Of a stretch of DNA of 33,844 bases, positions 1 to 13,396 are shown piece after piece (position 1 is the first letter of the stretch; each line of letters starts with the position of its first letter). The position numbers and the translations under genes are program-made. This DNA is from Ionaspis alba (lineage: Eukaryota), in NCBI GenBank assembly GCA_964255285.1, contig CAXUUL010000090.1, positions 1 through 33,844 on the forward strand, in the 5' to 3' direction. The notes beneath the pieces are model-generated. The model did no database searches, had not been told where the DNA came from, and saw only the letters and a list, made by a program, of their open reading frames with translations.

Positions 1-330
1 TTTACTAGCGTGTCTTGGCGGAGAAACTAATCCTAAAAAGGATATTAGTTTAACATGATCAATTGTGAGATTTTCGACACGTAGTAATGTTATATTTTTC
101 TTCCCGCAAATCCTATAATAATACGAGACGTTTGCTCGTTGAAATTTTATAAATTTTATATTATTTTTGTACAGAGCCGTTGACGTTTTATATACCCGCC
201 TTTCCCGAAAATATAAAAAAAAGGGGGGGGATACAAAAATAATTAAAAAAAATCAGGGATAGATAAATAAATAACATTAAATTTTAGGGTATATAAATAA
301 TTTACTCAAATAGCTAATAAAGTTCATTCG
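1..330. repeat. AT-rich segment, probable RIP-degraded repeat or transposon remnant
   Basis: Visibly far more AT-rich than the rest of the window, with many TpA steps, A/T runs and no ORF in the track. No terminal repeat or transposase remnant is recognisable. Confidence 0.45.
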
Positions 331-709
331 TCAAGTTTCCATTTCATGTGAAACTGGAGAATTCAAATTATCTTGCTGCTATTTACATGACTTGTTGTCA
401 AAGATCTGGAGAGACATCCCTCCTCGTTAATCGCTATGATTGCTGCTTATAGGAAGTCCTTATTTCTCTCGCGCCTTGCTCTCTGATGAGTATCCAATGG
501 TTCGGTTTGATCCAACTCGTGGCCACCGATCAGTCCGAACCTCAATTTTATGGCTCGGACATGAATGCCCTGCCACGGGGCCTCCTGCTGCAGAACGGAG
601 GCTCACTGCATCGATGGTGTTCGTCTCTAGAAGCGCTCGGTATGTCTCACACACCACCCGTTCTCCAACCCGGTTTTGAACCTGAACCTGAATCTTGCCC
701 ATGCCTTGT

Positions 710-1737
710 TCATCTTGGCGAACCCTCGAGCTCATTGAGACCTCCGACCTGCCTCGCGTGTCCAATTTCATGCCCGGGACGCGGACTGGGCATTTCATGC
801 ATGATAGGTGTACCCTTTATCTCCGATATGGTATCCTCAGGCTGTTCATGATTAGCATCTTTTATCATGGCCCCGAACCCATGAATTCTCACCTGCGGAG
901 ACTTCTGGTTGTGCACAGGCATATAATTCGGCTCAACGGGTGTATTCTCGGCTTTCTTCTTCCGTCTTCGAAGGAACCAAGCGCCCGCAACTGCGGCTAG
1001 AAGTATGGATCCAACACCAACACCTACTCCTATCCCTATCTTTGCGCCTGTCCCGAGTGAATCTGGCGGTGCAGGGTCTGGCGTGCTCGGACCCGTGGTG
1101 GTTGTGCCCGAGGTGCTCGACGTTGTGGAGGAGGTTGATGTAGCTGAGGTTGTTGAAGACGTGATGCTCTGGCCAACGATCGAGGCGATCTTGACACCTT
1201 GGCCCAGCTTGCAGCATGTATCGTTGGAGAGGCCGCAGCAATAGCTGAGGTCGGGGCATTGGGTGACCAATATATCAGCCGCAGAATAGTCCGGAATGAC
1301 CGAGCCATTGGGAGGACTAACGATGCCTGCATTTGGTCTAATCAGACTTGTCTTTTTACTCATGGGACGCCAGTAGATATCCATTTCTTTTCTCTCTTCT
1401 ACTCACCAGATCCTCTGGTACATAGATTTAAGCAAAATGGACTCTTCCACGTCTGGTCTGAGCAGCTCTCCCGCCAAAATATCGTCAACGCGCCGGTGCC
1501 TTGGCTGTTCTCAATCGCATTACTACATAACCCGTTGGCGAGGCAGGTGTCTGCGCCCGAAGTCCGATTTGTCGCACAGCACATCGATACGCCGCCGATT
1601 TGTGCAGGGCATGGCTGATAATCGGACCACGGCACGACCGTGTGGTTGGGGTAGTAGCATTGTGCCTGGACGGTGCAGATGAAAGCGAAAAACAGCGCCT
1701 GACCGACTAGCAATGGCCCTCGCGCTTCATAGGACAT
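710..1737 (-). CDS. Cys-rich single-pass membrane protein (Mid2/Wsc-like architecture)
   Basis: ATG at 1737 (MSYEARG). Signal-peptide-like LLVGQALFFAFICTVQA, then a Cys-rich ectodomain (QCYYP..MCC..CLANGLC..WRESCSD..YCCG..CC), a Ser/Thr stalk, TM helix IGIGVGVGVGSILLAAVAGAWFL and stop-transfer RRRKKK. Intron 1327-1406 (GTGAGT..CTGAT..CAG) joins the two ORFs in frame. Confidence 0.85.
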
Positions 1738-2480
1738 ATCGATGATATACGACGAAGAGTAAGCAATGAAGTTGACGGACAAGGAAATGGTCGTGGGCCG
1801 TTGAGTGACAGACGATGCATTAATAGCAACATGTTTAGCTACTCCCGCTTGCACGGTAGCGGCATGAAGAGGGGGTCCCGGCCTCTGTTAGATCCAATCC
1901 TTCGACAATAGGGCGCATTTCTTAGAGAATCCTTCATGCAAGTCTTTACCTAAACAAGACACGGCAAGTTTTAGGTGGAGGCTTTTTGCACGACGGACAT
2001 CTACACTCGAGGGCACTAAGCGAGTTTGACGGAAGAACAAATTGACTGAGGCCTGCGTTTGGTAGAGATGGCTGGCAGCTATGACTAGGTAAATTACCCA
2101 AGAATCCTACGGCTGTTCGGGTTGTTGTTGTTAATGGACGAGGAGTATGAAAGGATCACCACTGCCAAGGTCCAATGTGCAGTCGAGGCGAAGGTGATTT
2201 TCATCGGCCAATAACAATGGCCACTTTTTCAGCCCCCACTCTATCCTTCAGACTAGGTGACAAGCTCTCCTAGTACGCATCATGCCCTGTCCGAACTAGA
2301 TCCTTCGGATATCCTTCACCCTGGATGCCACATGTGAGAGGCCAAGTCGTGGATATTGCCGAACTTCTGCTAATACTGTGCCTCAGGGGCTCCAACGCAC
2401 CGGGCATGAGAATGGCTGTATGGAGCAATTAACTACACCCTCAAGGTCGGACAGATCCTCCCAAACTGACAACACTGACA

Positions 2481-3843
2481 TTACTTTTTCTTTGGCAAGA
2501 CGCCCAAGCTTGGTAATTCATCAAACAAACCCTCAATCACCTCCCAAGTATCCATATACCCCGTCCATCCATACTTCCTCGCCTTGCTCATACTAACCAC
2601 AATATCATATTGCCTTCCGAGCACAAACCCTAAGAACCCCCATGTCGCCTTCTCAAAGGCTTCGTGCTCCAAACCATCTCTCTTTGCAACACTCTCCCAT
2701 GCTTTCTTCACATCGTCCCGTTGACTCCACTTGACGAGATCAATGCGTTGCTTCAGCACGCTCTGCTTGACGAGATCCGTCCCAACAAGCCCCAGCTTGT
2801 CCGCTGTATCTGCGATCGGTGGGACTGGAGCAAGTGGCATCTCGCTCTTCTCCTTCTCATCCGGCGGAGATGCAAACTGCTTGGGCGGGACTCTGCAGCC
2901 GAAGTACTCCGCTACGCGTGGCCACAAATTCTGCCAGCTCTCGACGTCGCCGTTGACCACGTTGAAGCCCTGGTTGCTGCACTTTGGCTCCCGAGCTGCC
3001 CAGATACAGAATTGCGCGTGCAGGGCTGCGGATGTGAAAGTTGTCATGCTGGTGTAGAAGACTTCGGAGCCAGGGAAGGGCAACTCCCCGCTCAGTTCTT
3101 TGCTGACAAGAGCGTAGAGCGCTAACGAGGTCACTAGGTTCATGAAGTTGTTCTTTGCGAGGCCCAGTACATCGTTAGGATACGTGACAACCCAATCCCA
3201 GTTTTCTTTGATGGTGTAGGATTTCAGGATGTTTTGCTGATTATAGTAGAAGTTCGGGGGACGGTCGGGACCTTCGACCCAAGCATCAGACTCTTGCATG
3301 GGGTTCTTGACGGCGCCGAGTTGGAGTCCGTATTGCTTTGCGCCGGTCGTAAGGATGATACGCCTGACTTTCTTCATTGCTCCTGTTTTTGATAGCGCCT
3401 CGAGGAAGTTTGACAGCATGGCGCCTGGGACATGGGTGAGCTGGTTTAATCGACATGACTTGATCAGCATCACGGAAATATACCATTAACATCCCACATT
3501 TCCTGCTCTGAATCTTTTGCAAGGTATGCGGCGAAAAAGATGTATTCTGCCTCGACCCCTTTCAATTGCTCTGCCATCTTCTCGGCACTGGCTGTCAAAT
3601 CAATGGTATCATGTTTGACCTGGGATGGATATTCCTCTTTTTGGCTCCTGGACAAGGCATGAATTGTCTGCCATGTGGAAGGGTCTTTGGAAAGAGCCTT
3701 GACAATTTCTCGTCCTAGGATTCCTGATATCTGTGCCTNNNNNNNNNNNNNNNNNNNNNNNNNNNNNNNNNNNNNNNNNNNNNNNNNNNNNNNNNNNNNN
3801 NNNNNNNNNNNNNNNNNNNNNNNNNNNNNNNNNNNNNNACCAT
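2481..3843 (-). CDS. NAD(P)-dependent short-chain reductase, PRISE (progesterone 5-beta-reductase/iridoid synthase-like) type; 5' end interrupted by a gap
   Basis: Exons 3723-3484 (GILGREIV..ALSR) and 3424-2481 (TGAKQYG, PNFYYNQQ, FNVVNGD) with intron 3425-3483. The first part of the Rossmann motif must lie in gap 3739-3838. The ATG at 3843 beside the gap is a tentative start. Confidence 0.85.
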
Positions 3844-4312
3844 GTGGAGCCAGTAGCAGAATGCAAAATGCAGAACGCTCAAGCAGCCACAGGTCCGAGA
3901 AGCTCTTTCCTAGTACGATTTACGTCATCTCCATTCCCAGCGAACTACCTCGACCTCTATAGTCTACTTTCATCCTTTCAGAAGAAATAACAAGTCACGC
4001 TGAAGGAGACAATCGCAAAGTACACCTCAGAGTCATTTCAGATGTTCTCTTTCAGTTAATCCATTGATAAATTTCATGCCAAGATTACATGCCCCGAAAT
4101 GGGCCGTTGCTTCTTTCTGAAGCCGGAAAAAAAAGCCTGCCACCCACGACTTTTCGCTCGCTTGCGTGAACGACAACAGAACAGAGACCGCCATTAAACA
4201 TGATGGTAGATCCATCTACCTCCCATAAGATGACGAAAAGCTCTCGAGATCGTAGCCAACGCCAAATGTATCCCACCATTCACCTATATACAATTATGCC
4301 AGCTCCTGAGCC

Positions 4313-7300
4313 TCATTTTCCACCACTCTCCTCTCCAGTCCCACCACCCTTTCGTCGAAAGCCCCAGACATCGACCAGCCTCTTGCTCTCCCCCTTCTCC
4401 GATACGGTCTCCCTCTCCCTTTCTGCAACCCCTTTCCGCCTTTTCCTCAGCGTCCTCTCCCTCCCACCTTTCCCCTGACCACCACGATCGCCTTCACCCA
4501 CTCGCGAACTTCCCGCTCGTGCACCCCCACCGGCCTCGATACTTCTCACACTGCTTGCCAAGCTCCTCCCACCCTCGGCCTCAGCATTGCCACCACTGTC
4601 GCCTCCCCAGCTGAGGGCGTGACTCGGGAATCTTTTTCCCTCATCACGCTCGGAATCAGCTCGAGGATCCCAGCCAACTGCCAAGCCATTGCCAGCTGCA
4701 GAGGGAGGAGGACTCGCTTCGCTGTCAGTGGTAACGGCGGCATGATCATCGCGTCCTGATCGCAGGGGTAACGTGCGGGCACTGTGAGCGCCGTTCAAGC
4801 GAGCCGAGGAAGGGTGCTTTGGGGATGTGGTATGATCCGTGCCGGCGTCCGCGAGACTGCTGCTCGGGCTGACAAGCGGGGTGTCGTTATTACGTCTGGG
4901 GTGACTGGGGCTAATAGGCGGTGCTTCCGAGAGGCGAGCCTTGCGGTCCATCTGCTCGATAAGCTCTTCCCATTTGAGAGTCAGAGTGCCCGAGGGTCGT
5001 GCGGCTTGCTCGGCGTGATCAAGATAGTCCCGAGTCCGTAGAAGGAGAGCATCGCAAAGAGCGTCGAAGCGGCGAAGTTCGTCGGAGATTCCAGCCGAGG
5101 CGGCAGAGCTAGATGCGGAAAACGCAGCTTTACTTTCGGACCAGGTAGCTATGAGAGCAGAGAACTCGCGTGCCTGATCGAGGAGATAGGGAAGACTGAG
5201 GAAGCCTTCACGGCTTGTGGCTGGGAGGCGGGTAAGGACGGTGATGGGGGTTGCATAAGAAGGTGGAATAGCAGAAGTGGCACGATCGGGAGAGATGGCA
5301 CAGATGGCATCGACGAAGGTTTTGAACTCTGTCCGATGGGAGGTAAGAAAAGCATTCATCGGCTCCATCCAGGGCTCCTTGCTGCCGAAGGTGGTGAGAT
5401 TGGCAAGTGTTTGTAGTGACTTCGCAATGAGAGTCAAGGTTCTTTGAGCCCGTGGACGGGGATGATCTGTTATATGTTAGCTGGATCGATGAAGCGGGTA
5501 AATGGTGGAATGAGCGATAGAAAGGCACACCTTTGAGTAGCCCAAAGAGTTTGGGGTTTAGAACGGCGGGGCAGAAGAAACGGAGGAACAAGAAGCCAGA
5601 CACACTGCTGTAGCGGACAGTACGAAGGAAGTCCCCATAGCTGTCTTCGGCACAGGCACGGATATGTCTGAAGATCATGCGTAATTCAGGTGGACACCGA
5701 GGTGGGGAAGCGGCAATGGACTTCCAAACGTTCTCTGTCAAAGCGATCAGGTTCCGCCAATTTCGTTGAAGGTCGTCCGGCTGTCGAACTCGGTTCGGAT
5801 CGACCTCGCAATCCGGATCACTTTCATCAATGTCCCGCATTTTCTCGCACAGGGTCTCCTCAAGGTATTCCTTTCCTAGACGTCGCATGTGGAAATCGAG
5901 AGCTTTGGTGAGCAGGGAGTTGCCTCGAAAAAGCAAATTTGCTTCCACTGTTGCAGATTTGTTGAGGTCTCTGAGCAACATTTCCCGCTCTATCCCAGAA
6001 TCGAAAGAATCGTTGGAAGCGATTCGTCGAGAGTATCGAAATCTCGTCACCGGAGTCTCCTTGTGGAAGCCATCAATCTCGTCCTCGACTAATGACATGA
6101 TCCAATTAGTGGCCTGTCCGGAGACTTGAAAAATGTTAAGCAGCATTTCAGGAAGCCTTCGTTGCTCGACTTGGACCTTGGTACTGATCTGCTGCGTCAA
6201 GCCATTCGAGAAGGAGTGAAGCAACTCCGACACTTCCTTGTAGTCATGAGACATGAGCACAACATACTCATCAGTCCGAACTTTCATTAAGATTTCGCCG
6301 ACCGTCTCACCAAGCTCGTTGTAGATCTGCCACCACTTTTCCGTATCCTTGCCTCGTTCCAAATCGTTGAGCCGTAGATCCACCATTCCGTACATTGTGT
6401 CCAAAGGTAATATAGCAATATCTCCGACCTCACCCAGCCTGTCAATATCGTCATGGTCATGGTCATATTCATGTGATATAAGAGTCCAGTCTTTATGCCC
6501 GGGATGTCTTGACTTCAGCACAACCATTGTGCTGGAAACCACCGGTGGTAGATCTGAGAAGCTGTAATCTTCACGCCAAAACGGATTACTAGTATCAAAC
6601 TTGACCGTAGACCGAGCTCTGAGTTCCCCATCTATGTGAACCTCTACGTGGTAGTCTCCAGGTATCCAGTCCTGTCCATGAGAGCTTCCGCCCCTAGACA
6701 GCTTCTGAGGAACAGCATCGGACAGCACTCGAGGCGCATGCGTCTTGGCCTCAATGATTCTTAGATTCAGCGTCTTCTCAACTCGAAAGATGTTTGATGC
6801 GCTTGCAGGCGAGCCGTTTGATTCCGTACTCATCGCTTCAGGTTCACTTTGCGCTAAAGACTGCTCGGGACCGTACAGTTCAGGTATAGTGAAGGCTCTC
6901 AGCAATACAAACCAAACTTCAAACAGTATGCGGGACTCCAGGGAAAGATAGATTGGGCGCTTGAAGCTCAGATCTGCATGTGTAGCAGCATACTGTGGGA
7001 AAATGGCGATGCAAAACTCGTCGTCCAGCACAGATGGGTCTAGACGTTGTACGGCACATCGTGAGAGAGAAGAGAGAGGCACAACAGCTATCAAGGAGGT
7101 ATCTGACTCCATAAAGAGCTTCAGATGACCGTTCTCCTGGAGCGTGCAGGATATCTTCCGCCAAGAGGTGCCCGCCGAAGACCTCTGCTGTTTGTATGTT
7201 GATATTCTTCGATTGGATTTCTCAGGTCTGTTGTGCCGCACATTATGATCCCAGTAGAGCATTTTCCCAACCTTGATGATCGACGCGTCCCTGATCAAGT

Positions 7301-8381
7301 TGGCTGCCGAGCTCCTTCGTCGCTCTCCGTGTCTTCGATCTGAAACCATTGTTGCTTGAGGCTTCACCATTTTGTTCTGTACACCTTTGGGGGGTAGTGG
7401 CTGCCAACAGAGTAGAGCGGCCAGCCACGAGTCAAATGTCTCGGGTACATGTGGCCGGAGGTGGATTCCGAGGCCCATAGTGTGAGTGGATACTTCAAGG
7501 AAAGTCGCCTGAGACTCCTTATCTATCTGCGTCCTGACCTTGCATCCTCGCAGATCCGGGATGAGAGTCTTAGCATGCGAGACATCGCCTTTCATCTGAT
7601 AGATCAGGCTTCCTGTTGCCACGTTGATCGCGCAGTAGCCTGACGACCAGGACCCTATTGTGGTTGTACGGAAAGAAAGGATACCATGCATTCTGCCACA
7701 CGTGGTTTTCATCAACTGTAAGACTTTCGCAGTATCTGTGGTCGGGCTTTGCTGGCCTTGGCCAGAACGATTGTCTGAGACATTTTGTAAAGGAGACAGA
7801 GGTCTTGGAGGGGATTTGACGAGTCGTTGACGGTTTGCTGGGAACTGAGATATCGTGGGTGGAGAGGCAATGATTGAAGGAAAGCCTATGGACGACATCG
7901 GGTCACTCTCATCTTGGATGTTTGGCGGAGTTGCGGACTGCAGCGAGCCGAGACGGCTTCGAGTCTTCGACAATATGGATGTGGGCGACCGATCCCGAAT
8001 GCGATCTTCGAGTGTTCTAGTCCTTGGACGAGATACTACCTCTGGAGGGCTGCTGCTTGTGATATCGTTGTCCGTTGAATCTGTATCGGCGAGATAGATT
8101 CGCGTTCGCGCCTTTGGGGTCCCTCGTGCCGTGGACTTTAGGGATGAACCGTGCAGTGAAGATTGCATTGACCCTTTCCGAGGATGTTGTGCAGACTGAG
8201 CATCAGCTCCGGTCTCAGGCGTAACGGCTCTGATCGATGTCTCCCCAAACGTATCTGGATAGATGTGCCCATGTCTGTCTCTCGAAGATGCCTTCTTACT
8301 TGTCCGCCGCTGAAGGGGATGGGCTTCTTGCTCGAATATGCCAGAGTTGCGTTTGTTGCTGCTGCGCTTTCGGCTCTCCAT
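4313..8381 (-). CDS. Ras GTPase-activating protein with C2 and RasGAP domains (Bud2-like)
   Basis: ATG at 8381 (MESRKR). C2-like segment (LRIIEAK..NPFWREDYSF), arginine finger LLFRGNS and RasGAP signature SGFLFLRFFCPAVLNP. Intron 5467-5530 (GTGTGC..CTAAC..CAG) gives LK-DHPRPRAQRTLTLIAK in frame. Confidence 0.92.
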
Positions 8382-9649
8382 GGCTAACACCGATCAGTTC
8401 TCCCCCGTCACTGTAGCCTACTTACGATCGCCGTGGAGTTCATTGAGATCTCCCCCGTGGTCGCACGTACTACCTGTCTAACTCTCAAAGACTATGGCGC
8501 TCTGAAGAATTATGTGCGACGCTTCTGCGTGACAAGCTCTGTTGTTGAGGTTCCAGTGACAGAATGCAAAAGCATTACGACGGAGTAAAGCTTTCTGCAG
8601 GGCTTGATTGCAAAACTGAGCCGCTACTGATAGTAGCTGAAAGCGAAGGTTGGTATAACAACTTCATCGCTAAGCTCAATGTACGCAGTGCATGTCTGTC
8701 TGCTTTGACATCGATGTATAATTAGCATACGGAGATTGTGGTATACTCCAAGGTTTGAGGGCCGCTAGTCAATAGCAAGATACTACCCGATTGATCACTA
8801 GCGGGGTCTCAGATCGCCTAACTCACCTCTCGGAGCCAAGTTTACTAACTCCGCTGACTTCGTTTGTTGTTTACTCTAGGAAGCAGGGTGAGGTAGATTT
8901 GACGATATAACATCATATCTCAAGTCAAAGTCGCGGCATATAGTGTGCGTAGGTCCAAGGTGTTCCAAATTCCCTCCGAACGTAATCCTAGTATATACTT
9001 GGCAATTGGATGTATCATTATTGCCTATCTTTATCTTTGGACAACAAAACGTTCAAAATATCTCGAAGCTTCCCCTTTCTCCCATATTTCCACGAACGCT
9101 CCCATTTCTGCCTCGTAGGTGGAATGATTTGCGGTCTGACACAGGTCCGATGGGGCACTGGTCCAAGTTGCGAATATGTCGGGGTTGAAAGCTGGAAAAG
9201 ACGGTATTGGGGAACCTGACGGGAGAAGAGCAAGCATTCACGAAATGCCATCTTCTTGTTTAGTGCACATGACCGACAGTTATTGGAAATACCCTCTGCA
9301 TATTCTAATGTCTGAGAGTGACTCCGGGGGAAATAGTGGGCCGCGCATCACGGACAAAAGTTTTTAGGTCCTGAGGAAAGTTCTTGCTTTGAGTTGCCCT
9401 CCCATAACCAGACCCCACGATATCAAAGCCGTGAGTACGTTGTTCGAATTACAGGACAGATCCTCATTCAGTGTACGTCAAGTATTAAGATTCTTGAATC
9501 GACTCTTGCGAAGGCTTCAATTAAGAGCGTTGTAAGCTACTAGTCACTAGCAGACTCAAAAACGCGCCGTCTTCATCATCCCGCCCTAGACGCCCATAGA
9601 TCACCAGCCCAAGAGCAACGATCACGAAGCTTTAGAGAAACCGCACCAA

Positions 9650-11871
9650 TCACAAATCGTCCTCCAAGAATTTGTATGCAAACTTGAAGTCTGCTTTCCG
9701 ACGATTCATCCTATTCGAGCATAAGCTCACTATGGTCGTTGCCAACAGTATCCTTTAGGCACGTGAACTTGTCCATGGGAAAGATTAGAACGGGAGTGAA
9801 AATTGAACGTACCAGGTACTCTCATAATCGAAAAACCGGTAGGTCCCCTGCTCGTATTCCTCCGTTATCGTCTTCGGCTCTTCGTGTCGCTGGAACCAAG
9901 TTTGGTATTGCTTGTGAAAGCGCCAGCTCTGGGTCTTGAGACTTTTGGCGGCCAAATACTGTTGATACGTGCCTTGCCGGTAGTAAAATATGAAGAAGAG
10001 AGTATCGGTATCGATGCGGCCATAAAGATTCGGGTCGTCGATGATTATTGAAGGCTCTTGCGGGTAGAAACGTGGGGTATCATATTTGGTTTGGGGCTTA
10101 TAGTGTCGTGGCTTTTCGGCGTCGAAGATATCAGGACATGTCGCATGGGAGGCTGTGAGAAGACGCTGAACAGACGGCGAAGGACTTGATGTGGCATTGG
10201 ATTTGGTGATCTCGAACGACTGAATGAGGTCTTGGAGGCCAGGGGGAAGGTGGTATATGGACTCGTCCTCTGCGTCAATTTGAGGTTCTCCATTTGCCTG
10301 TGCAAGCGCGATAGTGTCGGAAGGTTGTGGAGGCGTCCGCGGTTGCTCTGGTTCGGGTGACGGTTCCTTCTGTTCTTGCAGTGAAGGCTGAGATGATTGT
10401 ATCCCTTTCGACGCAGGGGCAGGTGGTAAAACGTTCTCTGCCTTCTCAAGTGCAGGTGTAGGTGGTATGCTACTGTTTGCACTTGTACCAGCCACCACGT
10501 TGGAGTGATTTTGAGTGGGAGATTGTGTGTGAGCTTGAGTAGTTGAACCGGTATCTGTCGTGATGGTTGCGGGTATTGCACTCTTGAGTGCCGGGGTTTG
10601 ATTGACACTGGCGGGAAGTGATGGTGCAACGCTTGGTGAAGTCGTTGTACTGCTTTTTGGCCCTGATGAGGATGGAAGGGGCGAAAGGCCAGTATTTGCT
10701 TGCTGGACTGCAGCGCCTGGCGGTGGAGGGAGTGGCGCAATGCCAACAGTGTTCTTGTCACTCGATGCCGCTGCTGCAGCGGCCGATGCATACTTAAGAG
10801 TCTCTCCTGGTGCTCTCGTTGGTAGAGGTGCGGGTTTCATACTGCTACTTGGGGCACCATTGCTTATGTTGGCTAGGGGCGTATGAAGCGTAGCTAGAGC
10901 TGGTAAGGGTGACTTTAGTTGATTAGATGGTCTTCTGGCGGCAGCTGCAGAAGGTTGATCTGAAACAGATGAAGACTTCGACTTCCCAGTAGCCGTACTA
11001 CTGCCCCGACCATCTGCTGTTTCTGGAAGGTCATCGGCTATCGATTGAGTGTCCTGTGAAGATACTCGGTCTGCATCATTGCCGATTCCCCAAACGCCCT
11101 CCTCTTGTTCCAGGTTGAGGTCATCGTAGATCGTGTCGTCCTCCATGAATTCCACTGCTTGGTTTTCCTCCACGTAGTATTTTATGCTTTCCTTGAGATC
11201 GTTGACCTGGTCCACGTCGACATTTCCATTTTCGAGTGACCGCAGAAGTAGTTCTAACTTGCCTTGATGCCATTTGTGTCGTTCGGTCAATCTTGATATC
11301 TCTGATAGCCGATCAGACTTGCCCGTGTCTTTCTTGCCCTTCTTGACCGTAGCTTGTAACGATTCCTCCTCAGCCTCCAAGGTCTCGATCTGCCGTTCCA
11401 GATCTTCGACCATTTCGGACAAAAACTGGCAATTCTCCAGTTTTTCCCTCTCCTTTGGATCTAATTTGGCTGCGGCTGAAAGACCCTCCTTCGAGAACGC
11501 CTTGGTTTTCATTTCCTTTTCGACGGCTTTGAACTTCTCCATTTCCTGCGTTCACAGCCTAGTCAGCCCCTCTGCTCAGATTGCCGTTGACTTGTTCGCC
11601 CTCAGATAACACGCACATTCTCGATGAGCTTTCGCTGCTCCATCAGAGGCTTTTTGTCCTTTATCTCATTGCCTGCAGCCCAGGTCTTGATCTGATCTCG
11701 ATGCCGTTGAAGCTTCTTGATCTCCCGTTTCAAGTTGTCCTCAAGCTTGTCCTTTTGGGACGCGTTTGTAGACTGCTGGATCTTGTCGAAGATCGCCTCA
11801 AACGCTTGTATTCCTTCGGACACCTTCTTGAAGGTCTTCTCCATATCTTGCTGCAACTTCCGGGCCGTCAT
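9650..11871 (-). CDS. NOT3: CCR4-NOT complex subunit Not3/Not5
   Basis: N-terminal [24 protein letters not shown] and C-terminal NOT box [36 protein letters not shown]. Introns 11546-11616 and 9711-9812. The last exon is [19 protein letters not shown]. Confidence 0.95.
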
Positions 11872-12594
11872 CTTGAATGTGATGTGTTTGGAAGGGCTGA
11901 GGGTCGATGCCAGGTGTTTCTAAGAGGACGAAAGGCTCCACAGGTCGGTACCGTAGCTCTCTCTGGTATGCACTGCTATCATTAGAGGTTCTAAGATCAT
12001 CTGGAAGGGTAGGAAGCTCTAGAATTGATCGTCTCGCCCTCTCTGAGCATTGAATCAACGGTAGAGCTGCCCACGGCGCGCTAAGCCTTACTTCATCAGA
12101 TAGGGTTTCTTGGCGTGATGTTTTACCAGCGGCCATGGGGCGAATTCAAAACGAGGGGTGCTATCTCAACCAACCCTGAACATCAACTACAATGGAGCAA
12201 TAAGCTGTCAAATAACGTATAAGAACGATTGAAAGATAGCTACTCATGGTATCTATTTTCCATGCATTTGAATTAGATCATACGTCTTCCCATCAAAAAG
12301 CTGTGCAATTCGGGCGTGACTATATTTATTCCAGCCACCTCCTAGGTAACCACACTCGGGCGGAATCGAGCCTCATGGTGGCGCACAAGCGAGGTCGTCC
12401 AGTAGTACCTGCATCGTTCAGCCCCCTTCATATCTTTCCTACAAACTTGCTACCATTACATTTTGACTTGGGGGAGAAGTCGAACTCGTGCTCATCTCTA
12501 TACCAACAGGCTTAGCTTGACAGCGTGCTCTTGAACTCCTATTCTATTGTTCCATCCCGATCAATTGTATTAGACTTAGTGGACATTGTAGGCC

Positions 12595-13396
12595 ATGAAA
12601 AGTAATGTTCTTGCTTATATACCAATGTGTTTGCTGACGCAGGCTCAGCTGTGATCCAACGCGTGACCTCGGCGTCAGTGACAATTGACAAGCAATTGAT
12701 CTCCACTATTGGCCGCGGTATCTTGGTCTTTGCCGCTGTAGGCCCTAAAGATACTCAGAAGGAAATAGATACCATGGCCGCCAGGGTATTAAAGCTCAAA
12801 ATTTGGCCAGATGATGCAGGCAGTGGAGTACGTCTCAATGCCAGCGAAGCGGAGATACATCTCTGACAAATCCATGCAGTGGAAGAAAAGTGTGTTGGAT
12901 ATTCAAGGTGAAGTGCTGTGTAGTAGGTTACCGATACTCGGACGCCTTGTGACTCTTTGCTTGCTCAAGTTGATATGGCCGCAGTCTCTCAGTTTACGTT
13001 GTTGGCAAATACAAGAAAAGGCAACAAGCCAGACTTCCACGGAGCCATGTCCAGCGAGCAAGCAAAGGAGCTCTACGACATGTTTTTCAAAAGGGTTCAA
13101 AGTCTCTACGATGCAGAGAAAGTCAAGAATGGGGTTTTCCAAGCGATGATGGAAGTTGGACTGGTGAATGATGGCCCGGTAGGTGTGGATTATCGCAGTG
13201 AAGATGGCGCGGTAAATCTCAAATGTTGCTTTAGCTCCGAGATGGTCGCAGCTGCTGATTATGGTTCCTGGATTAGGTTACTCTGGAGATCGAGACCAAC
13301 CCCCCCAAGGCTGAAGAGACTACCCAACCTAAGGAGAGTGAAAATCAGGAGGCGCCCGAGAAGACGTTTGAGTTGCCAGCAGAGCTGCTACAATGA
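12595..13396 (+). CDS. DTD1: D-aminoacyl-tRNA (D-Tyr-tRNA) deacylase
   Basis: MKTVIQRV..SQFTL..KGNKPDFH..GVFQAMM..NDGPVT. Introns 12602-12648, 12828-12879, 12923-12984 and 13179(or 13212)-13276. Stop TGA at 13394-13396. Confidence 0.95.

Noticed and set aside
280..292. Single TTAGGG in the AT-rich end
   Set aside because: One copy only; not a telomere array.
8943..9367. Cluster of 60-80 aa ORFs between the RasGAP gene and NOT3
   Set aside because: They overlap on both strands with no coding signature; likely promoter or UTR sequence.
11798..12136. 112-aa ATG ORF overlapping the NOT3 start out of frame (possible uORF)
   Set aside because: The ATG is 265 nt upstream, probably beyond the TSS in the divergent NOT3/DTD1 promoter, and has no supporting features.
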